Shown here: positions 60,379-64,000 of the stretch, piece by piece
How positions within the stretch are numbered: position 1 is the first letter of the stretch
Layout of the letters: each line of letters begins with the position of its first letter
Source of the DNA: Blepharisma stoltei ATCC 30299
Taxonomy: Eukaryota; Protista; Ciliophora
Assembly: GCA_965603825.1 (NCBI GenBank)
Contig: CBFDEM010000004.1
Span: forward strand, 682,001 to 746,000
Direction of reading: 5' to 3'
DNA length: 64,000 bases
The notes under the pieces: model-generated
Databases searched by the model: none
What the model saw: only the letters and a program-made list of their open reading frames with translations
Told to the model about the DNA's origin: nothing
Position numbers and translations under genes: made by a program

Positions 60379-61746
60379 ATGTCAAAAGCGTGTTTGAAAT
60401 CCGAGTATGAGTACTGCAAAACAGAGGATGGATTTTCCTATAGGAGAAGAATTAAGGCATCAGACAAAAAGGATCAATGTAAGGAAGCATCATCGCAGCC
60501 TATTAGCGATCTTCTGTTTTCTTCTTGTAGAAAGATCAATGAAGCAAATAGATTTGAATATACCAATCAAGAAACGGAAGATGGCTTAACTTTCAGAAGA
60601 AAAATAAAAATAGGTGATCTTGAAGCTCAAAGTATTAAAAATGAAAATGAAGCACCCTTATCGATCAGCAAAAGTAATATTGAACAATCTTTAAAATTCA
60701 AAGAAAATGTTCAAATTAACTCAAATTTGCTATCATGCAGAAAAATAAACTTTAATGAATCGATAGGAAAAGAAGAAGAAAAGACCAGTAAAATTGAGCC
60801 AGTTGAAGAATGTTTAATAAACTTAAAACATGAAGAATGAGAAAAAAAATCTGAAGCAATGAACCAGTGTGAAGTTGATAATGGCTTGTCTTTTAGAAGG
60901 AAAAGAAAAGCTATTGATAAGCTTGAAAGCGATTCAAAGCAGCCAATTTTAATTGAAAAACAAATTTCTCTTCCAATCAAGCCAACAGAAAATTTGGAGC
61001 TGCCTATACCCCGCCTAGATACTTCCATTAGACACCCGAAAAGATGTCCTGATTTCCCCGATTTTTCTTTTACAATTAAAAAAAATTACAAAATATTTCC
61101 ATCTTCAATTAGATTGCTATATTTTCTTGAGGATCTCATTTTCGAATTAAAAGCGACCCTTAAGCTGACATATTCAGCTCACCCAGATTTTCTTTCAGTA
61201 TGTGAATTTTTGTTAAACTGCATTAATAAAGAAGCCTCCATTTTACTGGAAACATTTAACGAACAAAAAAAGAAAAAATGAAATGAAAAAACGATTGGAG
61301 AAATAGAAGAAAGAGAAAGGAGGAGGAGAGATGAAGAAGAGTGGAGAATATTTTTCAAAAAAATAAGAAAGAACCCAATTAATTTATTTTTGAAGAATGA
61401 AAAGAAAATGATTGAAATCGCTTTATTGAAGTAAATTTTATTTAGGCTGAAACAGCCAGACAAGGAACTTGAAAATGCTAAGTCACTTGTTTTTGATAAA
61501 AGACATTTTTGTGATAAAACTCGAATGCCAATGGCGAATGCTTTAGCAAGTTTTTCGAGTGATATGAGGAATGCAGTAATTTAAAATTAGATGCAATTAA
61601 ATTTAGTCAAGCTTGCAAGCTATGCAGAAATTGTCCATGCTAAATCTCAGAAAAATGGCAATATTACAGTGATTGAAGATTTTAGTATTTTTTTCCCAAT
61701 TTTTTACTCTGATTCGAGAGCACTTGTATTTCGTTTCCTGCATTAA
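60379..61746 (+). CDS. Putative Dsn1/Mis13-like kinetochore protein with three N-terminal repeats; two introns
   Basis: ORFs joined by two TGA and introns 61431-61445 and 61576-61590; repeats EDGFSYRRR, EDGLTFRRK, DNGLSFRRK. Gene model solid, family call tentative. Confidence 0.55.
61431..61445 (+). other. 15-nt intron
   Basis: gtaaattttatttag; removes a TAA. Confidence 0.85.
61576..61590 (+). other. 15-nt intron
   Basis: gtaatttaaaattag; removes a TAA. Confidence 0.85.
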
Positions 61747-62255
61747 TTAATTGCCTGCAATTAATCTCATTTTTAATTAAATTTTTAGCAACTTCTGTTT
61801 CTCACTGATTGAGTCAAGCAAACTCAATTTAATAAGTTTCAAAATAATCACTTTATCTAAAGCATTTATTGCTATTTATAGTATACTAATTTTGAAAAAT
61901 TAATTTCCTTTATAAATATTTTTCAGCTTAAGAAATAGCAGATCAATTAAAGTGGCAATTCTTATTTCATTTATAACTCTTTTATTTTACTTTCTTGGAG
62001 CTGCTTCTAATTTTGAAAATTATACCATGAAAATTTATAAATAATAACTTCCGATTATTTTTAATTTTTTCATATTATCAATATAAAAGTTACATCTAAA
62101 AAGTTCTTTATATATTATAGATCCAATTTTTCACGCTAAAGATGCAAACTATAAATTAAAAAAGTAAACGCAGATTGCAAGTACAGTTGAAATGCTTTAT
62201 GTCTTTAGAAGATTCTAATTGAGCCTAAATCAATAAATTTTAGATTTGATATAGG

Positions 62256-62299
62256 AATTGCCCGAGGATGGCGCTATCTTGCGCCATCCTCGGGCAATT
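62256..62299. repeat. Perfect GC-rich inverted repeat (19-bp arms, 6-nt loop)
   Basis: aattgcccgaggatggcgc-tatctt-gcgccatcctcgggcaatt. Confidence 0.95.
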
Positions 62300-62532
62300 G
62301 GTATATTTTCTATAAAAATCTTTTATGTTGCAATTTAGATAATTATTACATATATTTGCAAATAATTTTTACCTTATAATCTTCTTCTTAAACCAAACTT
62401 ACTTACGGATTCAAACCTAATTTGCAAATATAATAAAATTTATAGCTCATATTTATTATTTTTTATTACTTAATAGCCTCTCATTATTCTTAAAGAGTGC
62501 TTACATAATACTAATTCGCAGTGAAAAGGACC

Positions 62533-62603
62533 AGAAACTTCTAGATTGTCATCTAAATTTTAGGACAAAATAAAGTGTATTCTAGAACAATATGGAAAAT
62601 TCA
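62533..62603. promoter_or_regulatory. Heat-shock elements upstream of HSF
   Basis: aGAAacTTCtaGAt at 62533; aTTCtaGAAc-aatat-gGAAaaTTCa at 62579-62603 (pentamers in phase). Confidence 0.65.
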
Positions 62604-62623
62604 AAAGGATTAATGTAAATTAT

Positions 62624-63202
62624 ATGATGAATCGAAAACGTTCTAAGTCGGCTCGTCCGACATCCTTTCTTTCCAAAACATTTGATCTTTTAAGCCTTGA
62701 TGAATTTCAAGACATTGTCTGCTGGAGTGATGATGGGAAATCTTTTACTATTAAAAATCAAGGCGAGTTTATGAATCAAGTTCTTCCTATTTATTTCAAA
62801 CACAAGAATTTAGCAAGTTTTATTAGGCAACTGAACATGTACGATTTCCACAAAGTGAGAGACTCAGGAGATAAACAAATTTTTAGCCACCCTTGCTTCG
62901 TAAAAGGCAATAAAAGTCTTTTGGTTGAAATTCACCGAAAAACTTCTGAGTTCTTTCCACCTCCAGTGGCAAGAATTATTCAGCAGGCGTCTGAACCACT
63001 TCTCCAAAAGTGTCAAATGCTTGAAGCAAAGCAAGTTGAAATGCAAAATGCTTTGGACACGCTTGACAAAAAGTATAAGGAAACCTGCGAAATGAACCAA
63101 ACTCTCGTTGTTGAGTTGCTAAATGCTCGAGAACGAGAAGAGAGATTATCTCAAATGATCTTTAGTGCTTCTTTATATGGAGCACCGTTTAATATGATCT
63201 AA
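62624..63202 (+). CDS. HSF: Heat shock transcription factor (HSF DBD + coiled coil)
   Basis: FLSKTFDLL...WSDDGKSF...YFKHKNLASFIRQLNMYDFHKV...FSHPCF. Confidence 0.94.
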   Translation: MMNRKRSKSARPTSFLSKTFDLLSLDEFQDIVCWSDDGKSFTIKNQGEFMNQVLPIYFKHKNLASFIRQLNMYDFHKVRDSGDKQIFSHPCFVKGNKSLLVEIHRKTSEFFPPPVARIIQQASEPLLQKCQMLEAKQVEMQNALDTLDKKYKETCEMNQTLVVELLNAREREERLSQMIFSASLYGAPFNMI

Positions 63203-63673
63203 TGAAGACTGTAACAAAATTTGCGAAGATATACATATATAATTTGCAAGTGAGGATAATGCTAAGACATATTTTACTGAATTAATATAAGTATTTTTAA
63301 TTTTAATTATTATGGCTAAGTTCCAATTTAAAAATGAGAATCCTTCTCGAACTCTATGAAAGCTTTATAATCCATTTTTTCTCCAGTAAAATGTATTTCT
63401 TAAGGGTTTACGAATATCGAAGAATAATTTTTGACTTTTTGTTTTAGAAAGTTTATTCATTGTCAACTCTTCATTAGTAAAAATTCCATAATAGGATGAT
63501 AGTTTACAAATTGCTAAAAACATTATTTTAATATTTTATTATAGCAATTATATAGTTATAATCAGTGCTATTGCATAAATAACACCCAATAATGGCAAAA
63601 GCAATTCAATAAAATAAACAGTTCAATGCATATTTGCAGTCTCTCAAATTCATCTATATTTAAAATTAATTTT

Positions 63674-64000
63674 TTACATATCTACTAACTTTTTTAATCT
63701 CTTTCTCGCCTTCTCTTCTTCAATTTGATCGGCAGCCTTCTCCATTTCTCTCCATTGATTCTTTCTAACCTCTGTAGACTTTTCAAGTATGCAATCATGA
63801 CAGAACCATTCTTCAAGGTCAGGAATTCTATTAATTCCTATGCAAAAGGTATGAAATCCTTGATCACACCCATCGCAAATCAAAAGGAATTCATCTTGCT
63901 GATCAGAACCACATCGTATACAGAATATGCTAGAAATATATTCTTCATACAAATCTTCAATAAGCTTGTCTGAATTTTCTACCAAAGCAACTTCAGATGT
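63674..64000 (-). CDS. PHD-finger protein, 3' part; start lies beyond the window end
   Basis: CIRC...LLICDGCDQGFHTFC...EWFCHDC. Confidence 0.85.
   Translation of the reverse strand, partial: TSEVALVENSDKLIEDLYEEYISSIFCIRCGSDQQDEFLLICDGCDQGFHTFCIGINRIPDLEEWFCHDCILEKSTEVRKNQWREMEKAADQIEEEKARKRLKKLVDM

Noticed and set aside
1-61746. Functional clustering of cell-cycle genes (DP, CDC14, CDK-cyclin, Dsn1-like) or ciliary genes (TMEM216, ARMC9, DYNC2LI1)
   Set aside because: They are dispersed among unrelated genes, and such classes are abundant in ciliate genomes.
1-64000. Germline IESs, transposases, CRISPR arrays, rRNA/tRNA genes, prokaryotic operons
   Set aside because: No CDS is interrupted by a long insertion. 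No transposase motif, spaced repeat array or RNA-gene signature was seen; consistent with somatic eukaryotic DNA.

Overview
Gene-dense, AT-rich eukaryotic nuclear DNA, most likely the macronuclear genome of a heterotrich ciliate of the Blepharisma type. Three things in the sequence support this. First, in-frame TGA falls on conserved Trp positions (e.g. kinase DIWSLG/DVWTVG, CDC14 NWIIP, MPC RFAW, RING-H2 EEW), while every complete gene I reconstructed ends in TAA or TAG. Second, the spliceosomal introns are almost all exactly 15 nt (GT...AG, A at position 10). Third, some intergenic gaps are only 30-90 nt. The supplied ORF track treats TGA as stop and ignores introns, so it fragments many genes. 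Re-read with UGA=Trp, the window holds about 50 genes, including a DP transcription factor, calcineurin A, CDC14, MPC, TMEM216, ARMC9, DYNC2LI1, CDPK, MAP2K, actin, AP-4 mu, ETF-beta, RNF32 and HSF. The most notable items are: a single-chain F-box + pseudo-CDK + cyclin fusion (50397-52520); a TM-dCache(amino-acid motif)-TM-HAMP-TPR-VWA receptor (13127-15865); a Dsn1/Mis13-like protein with three repeated DG[FL]x[FY]RR motifs; a GC-rich 19-bp palindrome and in-phase heat-shock elements upstream of HSF; a 20-nt MAP2K intron with a competing nested 16-nt acceptor; and a myristoylated DUF4430/transcobalamin-like protein. I recognised no rRNA, tRNA, CRISPR, transposase or telomere array. All family calls come from remembered motifs, not database searches.
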